A stretch of 64,000 nucleotides of DNA from Gemmatimonadota bacterium (GTDB taxonomy: Bacteria > Gemmatimonadota > Gemmatimonadetes > Gemmatimonadales > Gemmatimonadaceae), in assembly GCA_040387895.1 (NCBI GenBank), contig JAZKCW010000017.1, positions 4,204-68,203 on the forward strand, written 5' to 3'. Every line of letters begins with the position of its first letter. Within the stretch, counting starts at the first letter, position 1. The position numbers were made by a program, and so were the translations under genes. Below the pieces are notes generated by a model. It was not told the DNA's origin, did no database searches, and worked only from the letters and a program-made list of their open reading frames with translations. Shown piece by piece: positions 63,695 through 64,000 of the stretch.

Positions 63695-64000
63695 TCAACC
63701 GCCCGTGCCGAACTGGCGCGTGAACTTCACGAACACCGACCGCTGCTGCGGCGCGCCGATCTCGAACGGGCCAGTGGCAGCACGGCCATCGTTCAACACC
63801 ACAAACAAGCCCGTGCCGGCGGTGTTGAGCCACCCGAAACGCACGTTCGCCGAAAAGATCTTCTGCTGATTGTTGTACTGCGTGAGCGTCTGCACGAACA
63901 CGCGTGGCGAGAAAAAGTAGTTGAGGCGCAAGGCTTCCAATGAACTGATGAAATTGCCTTGCGGCAGGTTCACGTCGTTGTAGTCGGCCGTGAACGATCC
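63695..64000 (-). CDS. C-terminal fragment of a beta-barrel outer-membrane-type protein (possibly DUF5916-like); 5' end beyond right edge
   Basis: The frame stays open to position 64000 (...SFTADYNDVNLPQGNF...). The GTG at 63973 in the track is probably internal. The C-terminus NVRFGWLNTAGTGLFVVLNDGR...VFVKFTRQF resembles the C-terminus of 40969..43725. Confidence 0.5.
   Translation of the reverse strand, partial: GSFTADYNDVNLPQGNFISSLEALRLNYFFSPRVFVQTLTQYNNQQKIFSANVRFGWLNTAGTGLFVVLNDGRAATGPFEIGAPQQRSVFVKFTRQFGTGG

Overview
High-GC (~68%), densely coding bacterial chromosomal segment. I call about 60 protein genes. I found no rRNA, tRNA, CRISPR array, integrase or transposase. The gene content looks like a Gemmatimonadota- or Acidobacteria-like diderm: ECF sigma factor plus Hanks-type kinases, PD40 and LVIVD beta-propellers, DinB and VOC families, many lipoproteins and many secreted peptidases. 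That taxonomic guess is inference only. Main blocks, left to right: (1) glycosyltransferases at the left edge, including a GT2 gene missing from the ORF track because it runs off the window; (2) an MFS transporter, a CrtO-like acyltransferase, a Tat-signal PLP enzyme and a PAP2/haloperoxidase-like protein; (3) an ECF sigma factor coupled to a Ser/Thr kinase with PD40 repeats; (4) an LVIVD propeller, a DUF305 (CopM-like) protein and a tandem-cupredoxin lipoprotein; (5) a DPP-IV-like peptidase, a TPR kinase and a trypsin-like protease; (6) a block of small lipoprotein and hypothetical genes; (7) two secreted amidohydrolases plus an M24 peptidase; (8) a tightly overlapped GT9 / methyltransferase / ~1000-aa polytopic membrane protein operon behind a 609-bp gene-free leader; (9) a DUF5916/CBM9 outer-membrane protein followed by a candidate 41-codon sORF; (10) small stress and housekeeping genes (VOC, SEC-C, DUF1801, DAG-kinase-like, DinB, HIT); (11) an overlapped membrane protein / lipoprotein / GGT / kinase operon; (12) ABC-F, DHFR-like, YbjQ, SDR and a tricorn-like protease. 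The best candidates for something undescribed are the glycan operon with its giant membrane protein, the copper-like module, recurring RGG-like inserts in exported enzymes, and an unusual number of perfect 10-18 bp tandem repeats. Nothing here looks like a known defence system or mobile island. All family calls come from motif recognition by eye, and no database search was run. Most long ORFs lying opposite the called genes are GC-driven shadows.
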